DNA from: Macrostomum lignano
Lineage: Eukaryota
Assembly (NCBI GenBank): GCA_002269645.1
Contig: NIVC01002123.1
Coordinates: 1-64,000, forward strand
DNA: 64,000 nucleotides
Reading direction: 5' to 3'
Shown: positions 27,435-38,845 of the stretch, piece after piece
Position numbering within the stretch: the stretch's first letter is position 1
How the letters are laid out: each line of letters begins with the position of its first letter
The notes under the pieces: generated by a model
Told to the model about the DNA's origin: nothing
The model's input: the letters and a program-made list of their open reading frames with translations, nothing else
Database searches by the model: none
Translations under genes and position numbers: made by a program

Positions 27435-29300
27435 TTACACTGTAGCAAACTCTTCCTTTTGTTCGAACCTGTAGAGCCTGGGATTTTCTATCATACTGGG
27501 TTCAGTGCGAGCAGCCTGGCCTAAGTCTTGGTCCTGGTCCTGGTCCTGGTAATGGTGCTGGTCTTGGTCCTGATCCTGGTCCTGGTCCTGGTAATGGTGC
27601 TGGTCTTGGTCCTGATCCTGGTCGTCTTCCTGGTCCTGCTCCTGGTCTTGGTCCTGTTCCTGGTCTTGGTCCTGGTCTTGTTCCTGGTCTTGGTCCTTGT
27701 CTTGTTCCTGGTCTTGATCCTGGTCTTGGTCCTTGTCTTGTTCCTGGTCTTGTTCCTGGTCTTGTTCCTGGTCTTGGTCCTTGTCTTGTTCCTGGTCTTG
27801 GTCCTGGTCTTGGTCCTTGTCTTGTTCCTGGTCTTGTTCCTGGTCTTGTTCCTGGTCTTGGTCCTGGTCTTGTTCCTGGTCTTGGTCCTGGTCTTGGTTC
27901 TTGTCTTGTTCCTGGTCTTGTTCCTGGTCTTGACTGTCTTGGTTTCGGTTCTCCCGATTGAGAGGCATCATCTCACTTGTCGGCGTGCTACTCTTGTTTT
28001 CGTGCCTAAAACAAGCAGTCAGCCTTTGGTGCACAAGACCAATGAGACAGACGGCAACGATGACCAGGATTAATGACAGTGGCATCAAGACTGGCCAGGG
28101 AAGTTGGTTAGCCGAACCTTCGCCATAGCTAGCTGCTGTAAGAACTGAACTCGACTCCGGAGCATTAGTTGTATGCGCGTCTGTATTGGTTGAAGCACCG
28201 ATAGGATTAGGTTTAGGATTAGCATTAGCACCAGCGCTAATTGGTGTTTTTGGCGGCACCTTGTCTTCGGTGTTGTGAAGCTCCGTTGAACTAACTGCAA
28301 GGGCATTTAAAGTTATATTTATATTGTAACTAAAAATAGTTATTGTATTTGTTCACGGGGGACACCCGTGGATTTTCCTTACAAACATGGATCCAAAAGA
28401 CAATGAAACCAAAATTGTACACTTGTACACTTCCAGTGACCTTGAATTGTATAGTGCTGCATTTGATATGACCAAATTAAGTTTCGGGTAACGAAAAACC
28501 AGATGATAGAAACGATTTTACTAAATTTAACTTGACTGCTCGCTTCTGTTTAACTCCGGTTTCTACCAACATGGAACCAAAATTTACCCACTGTAGTAAC
28601 TGCAGAATGCCCACAGAATTTACATACTGCCAGCATGGAACCAAAATCTTCAAGTTTTACCTGCACTATAGTAACTGCAGAATGACCACAGAATTTCCAT
28701 ACTGCCAACATGGAACCAAATTCTTCAAGGTTTACCCACTATAGCAACTGCAGAATGCCCACAGAATTTACATACTGCCAACATGGAACCAAATTCTTCA
28801 AGGTTTACCCACTATAGCAACTGCAGAATGCCCACAGAATTTACATACTGCCAACATGGAACCAAAATCTTCAGGGTTTACCCACTGTAGCAACTGCAGA
28901 ATGCCCACAGAATTTACATACTGCCAACATGGAACCAAATTCTTCAAGGTTTACCCACTATAGCAACTGCAGAATGCCCACAGAATTTACATACTGCCAA
29001 CATGGAACCAAAATCTTTGAATCAAAAATGGAACCAAGGGAGCAAATACAACAAAGAAAGCTCACCCTCGGTAGTGGCAGTCCAGGTGGCCGGAGGCGGA
29101 TACGGGCACTCCTTGTGCTGGTTCGCGAATGTCTTCAGATAGTCTTCCGTATTTCCCTCCAGGCTGGGGCAGGGCAGGCAGTCAACCAAAGCATCTGGAT
29201 ATTCGCCAAGCTCGCATTTCGGCCTGACGACCGGTGCGCCGAGTGTTTGAATGGCTGAGCAGGCCACTAACATAAAAAGCAGCAGTTTGCTCAGCTGCAT
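27435..29300 (-). CDS. Cluster gene C: single-CRD TNFR-like receptor, 364 aa (exons 29066-29300, 27435-28294) with D/Q/E repeat tail
   Basis: MQLSKLLLFMLVACSA..CELGEYPDALVDCLPCP..YLKTFANQHKEC; TM WPVLMPLSLILVIVAVCLIGLV; tail (QDQDQE)n..MIENPRLY..FATV; phase-1 intron is in frame. Confidence 0.85.
28560..29020. repeat. 73-bp tandem repeat (~6 copies) in the intron of gene C
   Basis: CCAACATGGAACC recurs at 28705, 28778, 28851, 28924, 28997. Confidence 0.93.
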
Positions 29301-30270
29301 ACTTCAATTCAGTTCAGTTCAGGTAGATAGCTCGTATATAGTTAGGCAGAGAGGAGAGAAGATAATATTCGAAAGTTTTAATTGGAGCGCACCTATTCAA
29401 CCTAGTTATTATAGTCTACAATACAGAAGCAGAAATTCCTTCGAATTTCCGTGGAATAGCGGTGGAATTGCCGAGATTTTTTAGTGTACGCTCGTGCGCT
29501 CGTATATTGTGGAAAATAGCCCATGTGCGTGCTGAAAGCTAGTTTCTAAAAAAAGGCTCAACGTATTAATTGCTTACTAAGAAACCATCCATTCAATCTA
29601 GAGCAGCAAAGATATGCCCACGCTCGTGCATGTCGAAGTTTTGCCCCCCCGCCCCCCACGAACTTCTGAGGACTGCTCACTAAATAGTTGAAATAAAATA
29701 AAAATTGTATTTCGCTGTAGGACAGAAAATTATTTTTTTAAAACTGAGAATGATTAGAAATTTAAGCATTTTGTATTTTGTGGTTAATCAACAAAATTAA
29801 TGATTGATAGTACATCTGCTTCTAGAAAATATATGAGTAGCTACGAGCTATTTACAAGGAAAGATTTGGAATGAAGTTAATGTTTGAATCTTCATAAATA
29901 ATGACGCATTCGAATATTTATTAGAATTATTATAAACACATGACGAGCGCAATCCTGTTACTAATGGTATGAAACATTTTTGTTTATTTGGATGAATGCT
30001 CGCTGTTAGAAAGTTGATGAGCACGATTCACATTTTTTTGTAGGAGAAACTCGAACTCCAACCACCCAACCGGCTATGCAGACTGTCGTTAAAGCCAGGC
30101 TTCGATTTCAGAGTCTTGGCAGAAGGGGATTTGGTGTTACAAACTCTGAATCGCCTTCGCATTGACCTTCCGCCACAGCACGACCACTCGCGGAGCCGCA
30201 ATGAGTCAATTTTTTCAAATTATTCCTCTGTGAACGCAGTCGAATGAGCACTACTTGTAACTCGAAAAGT

Positions 30271-33199
30271 TTAATCCCTTTCAGACTCGAAAAGCTTGGG
30301 ATTTTCTGTCATGTTGGGATTCTTGCGATGAGGCTGTGGGTCTTGATTCCGTCTGTGGCTTCGGTCCGGGTCTTGGTCGTTGCTTGGGTCTTGGTTGTTG
30401 CTTGGGTCTTGGTCGTTGCTTGGGTCTTGGTCGTTGCTTGGGTCTTTGTTGTTGCTTGGGTCTTGGTCGCGACTGTGGCTTAGGACTTGATTTAGGCTTT
30501 GACTCTGTTCTCTGTCCAGCTGATTGGGGGGAGCATTCTCACATTTCAGGCGTCTGCTCAGCCGTTTTAAACAAGCCCGCAGATATCGGCGACAGATGTA
30601 GCGCACAATGGCGAGGAAAAAAGCCAATATGACGACAACTGAAGCAATGAGCAAGTGTCTTTCCACGACTCCACCATTTCTAACAGTTGTATCAACTGGG
30701 CTCGATGCTGGAGGTTGAGTCGTAGACGCTTCGGTTTTGGTTGAAGCACCAACAGTAGGAAAGCTGCTGCCGCCTGCTGGCGTTGTTGGCGGCACTTGGC
30801 TTGTTTTCGAAACTGTAAGGCAGTTGAAGTCATATGTTCTTGTTTCTAAAAATAGACTTTGTGCACCCGTGGGATACCCATGGATTTCCCTTCGCCAACG
30901 GGGTTCTAATGACTAATTAAAATGAATCGATATGTTTAACTCTAATTTAATCAACTTTGCCTGTTCGCCTTGCCTATGTCCCTAGTGTTAAGCTCGCGGA
31001 GATTATTGGTAGCGTCAACTCCGCTACCATAGACAAACTGTCGGATTAGACATTCCGAAACGTCCCTCTGCACATAGTTGCACTTCTTCGTCTAGGCCGA
31101 TTACCCTCGCTCGCTTTGGTGTTAGATGAAAACCTGATTTGGCACTCAATTTCATGGCGGCGTCGATGCACTGCCTGGTTAGGACAAACTCGTTGTCCTT
31201 GAAGATGGACCAATCATGCAGAAACTTTGTTTGTAGGTGGAACTGGATACTGGCGACAAAACCTTTGATCGTGGCAGGCGGGTACATATATCTCCGTTGT
31301 CCTTGCGCAGTTCAAGCAGAAAGCACTGCAGCACGTAGTCCCATTCCTTCTTGCTCCACTCGAACATATCCTTCACAACTTTCAACTGAGCAGTTTGGCG
31401 CACTCGCCAGTCAGTATACCAAGCGCACAGTTTATTCCAATTGCTACGAACCTTTGTGGCCGTTGTTTTTGGAATTCGCGACTCTAAATTCGGCAAGCCG
31501 GACGTCAACGTTGGTGCTAGTGCTTTGCACTGTAGACGCTTCTTCATTGGTAATCGTTCGCATCACTTTCATTACAATCGTCAGCGGTTAGCTCCTCCAT
31601 TTTGGTAAAATTTGTGGCTTGTTTATTTCACAGCTTGCTTCTCTCTTCCCAAACCATCAGTCCTCTTTGATTTAGACTTAGTATTTTACCATAGACAATA
31701 CAGGGAGCGGAGATTTAAATCTCCGCCGGAGATTAACTCGTGCTAAATATAGATTGCCTGGAGGCTCACAGGCTGTTGATTAAATTAAAATAACCCACTG
31801 AAACTCTGAGATACTACTCTATGGCAAAATCTCCTCGGCTTCGCCTCGGAGATTCTGCATAGAGTATCTCCTCGTTTCAGTGGTTTATTACACGTATCAT
31901 ACTAAGTTCCGGGGATACAGTTTACAAGGACAACTTAAGTAGAAGGACGCAACACTCGAAATCTATGGTAAATGTTTTGAAGGCAACTTTTCTACACTAC
32001 AGAGATAGGAGGTTTTAATTTTTTCAGCACAAAAATTGTTATTGCTTTCGATAGGAGGCAGACACAATGTTCATCTTTTGATATGCTGTGCCTTCCGTAT
32101 AGCTCTATTGGGATTCACAAAGCATTTTTTCAGAAATTAGGATTCTATGTTCAATTATTATTCTACGTACATTTGCATGTCTAAAATGTCTAAAATGACA
32201 CGGCTCAGCTCATTGGTTTTATGAATCCATTTTATAATTCTTAGCTGACTGTGTAACAATATGTGTAACCGAGATGATAAAATAAATTCACAAAACCAAA
32301 AATTCGAGCTGTGTCATGCATTTTTATGATATTTAGGTACAGGAAATATACGTAGAATAAAAAATTAGCATAGAATCCTAATTTTCTGAACAAGAAGCTT
32401 TATGAATATCAATAGAGCTATAAGAAATGCACAACATATCAAAAGATGAGCATTGGATCTGCCTCCTATCGAAAGCAATAACAGTTTTTGCGCTGAAAAA
32501 AATTAAAACCTTCTGTCTTTGTGTATTTTTTCAGAAATGACTGCCTTAAAATTTTTTCCAAGAAACGAGGTTTCCGGTCCTTCTACTTAAGTCGTCCTCG
32601 GCTCTTGTATCTAAAAATAGACTTGTACACCCGTGGGATACCCATGGATTTCCCTTCGCAAACATGGATCTAATGACTAATTAAAATTGATCAATATGCT
32701 CAACTCTAATATCATACTTTCCGGGGGAAACAGTTTATCGAAAGAGTGACCCCTAAGATATTAGAGTTGTTCAGGTAAAGAATTTCAATTAACTTGTGAC
32801 GTAAATATAGAATATGACCAACAATAACTACACAATGTCTACAGGGCTCCCATACCAGCCACATGGAACCAACAGCTCAGAGTGTAGCCAAAAATACGTA
32901 CACAATGTTCACATGGTTTCCCATGGCATGAACTCACCTCTGACAGTCGTAGTCCTGGTGCTCTCGACCGGAGTAGGCGGCGGCGCATACGGACACTCGG
33001 GGTGTACTGATGCGAACGACTTCAGATAGGACTCCGGGTTTTCAAGAAGGCGGGGGCAGGGCAGACAGCCAGCCAGGTCCTCATCGAAATACTTACCCGG
33101 CTTGCATCTGTGCTGCTTAATCGGATTGGCCGGTAACGGACTGGCTGAGGAGACCAACAAAACTAGCAACAGAAAGCTGCGTTTGTCTTTTAATCGCAT
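30271..33199 (-). CDS. Cluster gene D: single-CRD TNFR-like receptor, 267 aa (exons 32938-33199, 30271-30812)
   Basis: MRLKDKRSFLLLVLLVSSASP..CKPGKYFDEDLAGCLPCP..YLKSFASVHPEC; TM LLIASVVVILAFFLAIV; tail (DQDPSN)n..MTENPKLF; phase-1 intron is in frame. Confidence 0.8.
31024..31560 (-). mobile_element. Crypton-type (DUF3504/ZMYM-QRICH1-like tyrosine recombinase) DNA transposon fragment in the gene D intron
   Basis: IPKTT..W..W..R..EWDYVLQCFLLELRKDNG-(frameshift)-YPPATIKGFVASIQFHL..IFKDNEF..CIDAAMK..G. Confidence 0.75.
31789..31889. repeat. ~100-bp imperfect palindrome around a CGGCTTCGCC loop
   Basis: AATAACCCACTGAAAC/GTTTCAGTGGTTTATT and GAGATACT..AATCTCC/GGAGATT..AGTATCTC arms. Confidence 0.8.
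31928..32597. mobile_element. MITE with ~220-bp imperfect terminal inverted repeats
   Basis: Left end GGACAACTTAAGTAGAAGGAC and right end GTCCTTCTACTTAAGTCGTCC; inverted similarity continues ~200 bp; another arm copy at 7318. Confidence 0.85.
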
Positions 33200-33888
33200 T
33201 GTCTTCAATTTGTAGTGAGTGAGCTAGCGCAGAAGAGGGCGTGGGCGTTGCAAATCGTGGGCGAATCGTTTTATGCTCATGCGTAGACTTTCCGTGGAAA
33301 GACTATGGAATTGCAGCGGGAAGGCTTTCAAGGCTAAGTGTACATTTTTAGTTTCTAAAATAAGCAACTACGAGTATTCGTTTTCGTACGTAAAATGCAT
33401 TCCCTTAGCAGACAAAATTCAAAACTGGCATCGTCTTTGTACTATATTGCTAATCTGAAGACAGCACTTATCTACAGACTTTCAATAATATAGGAATAAG
33501 TTTTAAGACCAATATCAATATTGATGAGGTAAAATTTTGCTAAAACAAACTGTAAAATCGATCAAGTTTTCGGATTTTTTTATCATTGTTGAATTCAGCT
33601 GAAATTTGATACCCATTATTAGGAACCTAAGCAGCAGGTTTCTCAGAGCATACAGTCATTTTCATCTAGTTATCCTGACATTTGGCATTCTCTGGAACCA
33701 CGAGTTGAAGCAAACCCTTAGATCGGCTTCCTGAAACGGGTCCAGGACATCTAGGAGCTCCTCCCTAGAGTCAAGTCGCCTTACCTTCAAGTTCTTCTCC
33801 ATTTTGGGAAAGTCGAGCGACTAAGTTAGATGCGGCAGCTGCTGAAGCTGCGTTGTCGTGGTGAAGGAAGATGCGCCTTCTCCCTCGA

Positions 33889-34381
33889 CCATGCTCACTG
33901 TGGCACCATGCTCACTGTGGCACTATGCTCACTGTAGCACCATGCTCACTGTGGCACCATGCTCACTGTGGCACCATGCTCACTGTGGCACCATGCTCAC
34001 TGTGGCACTATGCTCACTGTAGCACCATGCTCACTGTGGCACCATGCTCACTGTGGCACTATGCTCACTGTAGCACCATGCTCACTGTGGCACTATGCTC
34101 ACTGTGGCACCATGCTCACTGTGGCACCATGCTCACTGTGGCACCATGCTCACTGTGGCACCATGCTCACTGTGGCACCATGCTCACTGTGGCACCATGC
34201 TCATTGTAGCACCATGCTCACTGTGGCACCATGCTCACTGTAGCACCATGCTCACTGTGGCACCATGCTCACTGTGGCACCATGCTCACTGTGGCACCAT
34301 GCTCACTGTAGCACCATGCTCACTGTAGCACCATGCTCACTGTGGCACCATGCTCACTGTGGCACCATGCTCACTGTGGCA
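33889..34381. repeat. 17-bp tandem repeat (CCATGCTCACTGTGGCA) x29
   Basis: 493 bp = 29 x 17. Confidence 0.95.
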
Positions 34382-35289
34382 CCATGCTCGAGCAACACTG
34401 GCTGCAAGATGCCGCAGGCCTCGCGACGAAGCTTCAGCAGCGCATCCTCGTCACTGGTGACCCACTGACGGCTCTGCTCTCCAATCTCCGGGTTGTAGAA
34501 GTAGACCCGGTTTTCATTATCCGTGGGGCTGTGAGGTTATCGTCCACCAGTTCTACAGCGCATTTTGGTGGCCAATGGAAGCAGAAATGTTGCACGCAAG
34601 CAGAGAGCATTCGTCTGAGAAAATTAGTGTAAAATTTCGCTGCCTTGCTTCATTTTTAATTGCATATTTCTAAAAAATTAATACTCGCAAGCACCCCTCA
34701 TATGATGAAAAATAATTTTAAATACAAACTAGAAAGAATATTAATAACTTGAGACTTGAGCTTAGATACAATGTAATGAGTAATTTTAGCACTGGCCATC
34801 CAGCTTCAATGATGACGCACAAAAAATTGTGAGCACACGAGCCAGCACAAATCCTAGCCAATAAAACACAATTAAAAGCTTTAATATGTAACTCACCTGC
34901 CGCACTACAACTGTTCATTGAGTTAAACAAAACGAAGTTATACAGAGCCTTTAATTCAAACAACAAAATCTCTTTTCTTTCCATTGGCATAGCTCGCAGT
35001 CTGCCTGAGCTACTGCCATTTTGCTTCTTTTTCTGTCTGAGCATTTATCTGAAACTGCAGAGCTGCCCGCGGGAAAATGTACACAATTTTCCAGGAAAAA
35101 AACAAAAAGCAAAGCTATAGACAATGTGAGTATGAGTTGCCGTGAGCAATGTGAGCAAGACTCCGTTTTTAGCTAGCAAAAACTACATGACTATTTTCGG
35201 GTGCTCGCTGAGCAATGGCTATTTTTAGATTTTGGAAATGCCATGGAATTTCTGGGAATTTTGAGCTGCTGTGGAATTGACTGAGCCCG

Positions 35290-38215
35290 GCTGTTAACTT
35301 GCCTATTCAGTCTATCAAATAGTCTATCCCATTTATCAACTAATCTATATCTATCAACTAGTCTATCCCATCCATCAACTAATCTATCCCATATATCAAC
35401 TAGTCTATATCTATCAACTAGTCTATCCCATCTATCAACTAATCTATATCTATCAACTAGTCTATCCCATCTATCAACTAATCTATCCCATATATCAACT
35501 AGTCTATATCTATCAACTAGTCTATCCCATTTATCAACTAATCTATATCTATCAACTAGTCTATCCCATCCATCAACTAATCTATCCCATATATCAACTA
35601 GTCTATATCTATCAACTAGTCTATCCCATCTATCAACTAATCTATATCTATCAACTAGTCTATCCCATCTATCAACTAATCTATCCCATATATCAACTAG
35701 TCTATATCTATCAACTAGTCTATCCCATTTATCAACTAATCTATATCTATCAACTAGTCTATCCCATCCATCAACTAATCTATCCCATATATCAACTAGT
35801 CTATATCTATCAACTAGTCTATCCCATCTATCAACTAATCTATATCTATCAACTAGTCTATCCCATCTATCAACTAATCTATATCTATCAACTAGTCTAT
35901 TCCATCTATCAACTAGTCTATTCCATCTATCAACTAGTCTATTCCATCTATCAAATAGTCTATCCCATCCATCAACTAATCTATCCCATATATCAACTAG
36001 TCTATATCTATCAACTAGTCTATCCCATCTATCAACTAATCTATATCTATCAACTAGTCTATCCCATCTATCAACTAATCTATATCTATCAACTAGTCTA
36101 TTCCATCTATCAACTAGTCTATCCCATCTATCAACTAATCTATATCTATCAACTAATCTATCCCATATATCAACTAGTCTATATCTATCAACTAGTCTAT
36201 TCCATCTATCAACTAATCTATATCTATCAACTAGTCTATCCCATCTATCAACTAATCTATATCTATCAACTAGTCTATCCCATCTATCAACTAATCTATA
36301 TCTATCAACTAGTCTATTCCATCTATCAACTAGTCTATTCCATCTATCAACTAGTCTATTCCATATATCAACTAATCTATATCTATCAACTAGTCTATCC
36401 CATCTATCAACTAATCTATATCTATCAACTAGTCTATTCCATCTGTCAACTAGTCTATTCCATCTATCAACTAGTCTATCCCATCTATCAACTAGTCTAT
36501 CCATCTATCAACTAGTCTATCCCATATATCAACTAGTCTATCCCATATATCAACTAGTCTATCCCATCTATCAACTAATCTATATATATCAACTAGTCTA
36601 TCCCATCCATCAACTAATCTATCCCATCTATCAACTAGTCTATTCCATCTATCAACTAATCTATATCTATCAACTAGTCTATCCCATCTATCAACTAGTC
36701 TATCCCATCTATCAACTAATCTATATCTATCAACTAGTCTATCCCATCTATCAACTAATCTATCCCATCTATCAACTAGTCTATTCCATCTATCAACTAG
36801 TCTATTCCATCTATCAACTAATCTATATCTATCAACTAGTCTATCCCATCTATCAACTAATCTATATCTATCAACTAGTCTATCCCATCTATCAACTAAT
36901 CTATATCTATCAACTAGTCTATCCCATCTATCAACTAATCTATATCTATCAACTAGTCTATTCCATCTATCAACTAGTCTATTCCATCTATCAACTAGTC
37001 TATTCCATCTATCAACTAGTCTATTCCATATATCAACTAGTCTATCCCATCTATCAACTAGTCTATCCCATCTATTAACTAGTCTATCCCATATATCAAC
37101 TAGTCTATCCCATATATCAACTAGTCTATACCATATATCAACTAGTCTATCCCATCTATCAACTAGTCTATCCCATCTATTAACTAGTCTATCCCATATA
37201 TCAACTAGTCTATCCCATATATCAACTAGTCTATCGCATCTATCAACTAGTCTATCCCATCTATTAACTAGTCTATCCCATATATCAACTAGTCTATCCC
37301 ATATATCAACTAGTCTATCGCATCTATCAACTAGTCTATCCCATCTATCAACTAGTCTATCCCATATATCAACTAGTCTATCCCATATATCAACTAGTCT
37401 ATCCATCTATCAACTAGTCTATCCCATCTATCAACTAGTCTATCCCATATATCAACTAGTCTATCCATCTATCAACTAGTCTATCCCATCTATTAACTAG
37501 TCAGTCCCGTCTATTTATCAACTAGTCTATCCCATATATCAACTAGTCTATCCCATATATCAACTAGTCTATCCCATATATCAACTAGTCTATCCCATAT
37601 ATCAACTAGTCTATCCCATATATCAACTAGTCTATCCCATCTATTAACTAGTCTATCCATCTATCAACTAGTCTATCCAATCTATCAACTAGTCTATCCC
37701 GTCTATCAACTAGTCTATTCCATCTATTAACTAGTCTATCCATCTATCAACTAGTCTATCCAATCTATCAACTAGTCTATCCCGTCTATCAACTAGTCTA
37801 TCCCATCTATCAACTAGTCTATCCCATCTATCAACTAGTCTATTCCATCTATTAACTAGTCTATCCATCTATCAACTAGTCTATCCAATCTATCAACTAG
37901 TCTATCCAATCTATCAACTAGTCTATCCCATCTATCAACTAGTCTATCCCATCTATCAACTAGTCTATCCCGTCTATCAACTAGTCTATCCCATCTATCA
38001 ACTAGTCTATCCAATCTATCAACTAGTCTATCCCATCTATCAACTAGTCTATCCCATCTATCAACTAGTCTATCCAATCTATCAACTAGTCTATCCCGTC
38101 TAACAAATAGTCTGTCCCGTCTAACAAATAGTCTGTCCCGTCTAACAAATAGTCTGTCCCGTCTAACAAATAGTCTGTCCCGTCTAACAAATAGTTTATT
38201 CCGTCTATTTATCAA
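35290..38215. repeat. ~2.9-kb 18/21-bp minisatellite with CTAT-rich units (CTATCAACTAGTCTATCCCAT)
   Basis: Read directly; explains the DRWDRLV/DRYRLV ORFs. Confidence 0.95.
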
Positions 38216-38659
38216 TTAGTCAGCACCTGCCTCATTAATCTATCAATCATGGAATACCAGTCGAAAAAAAGTTATTCTAATTGAATAAATTTACTAAGAA
38301 GAAACTAAAAACTTGTTTGTCATAAAGTTAAACGTTGCTGAGCTGATTGGCACAAATAGTAGACATGTTAATAAAGCAAGTATATTAATAGCATGGAAAC
38401 ATCATCATTATAGAAACAAAAGAAATGCATATTTACTAAATAAATTGACAATTAAAAAGTACACCGCGGACATTTAAAAATGCAGGCAGCAATACGGGTA
38501 AGTGGAAAATGCTTTAAAACATTTCTGAACAGTTGCATCAGTTCATCAGCACAGAATGAGCCAGCTTGGGATTCCGTTGCAAAAATAAATCGATTATGGG
38601 CCCCGAGTGGGTCAATCGCAATAAAATAAACGCATTTGAGTCAATGTACGAGTCGGGAC

Positions 38660-38845
38660 ATGGGTCAGTCAATAGATGGGTCAGCAATACAGCAAGTGGG
38701 TCAGCACACACAGATGGGTCAGTACACACAGCAGGTGGGTCAGCACACAGGTGGGTCAGCATACACAGCAGATGGGTCAGCACACACACAGCAGGTGGGT
38801 CAGCACACAGGTGGGTCAGCACACAAACAGCAGGTGGGTCAGCAC
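38660..38845. repeat. Short GGGTCAGCACACA repeats just after the LRR1 stop
   Basis: Read directly. Confidence 0.8.

Noticed and set aside
27528-28073. Poly-VL and poly-SW ORFs on the plus strand
   Set aside because: Antisense readings of gene C's DQ repeat.
35191-38215. Long DRW/DRY ORFs
   Set aside because: Minisatellite-derived, no real ATG context or domain.
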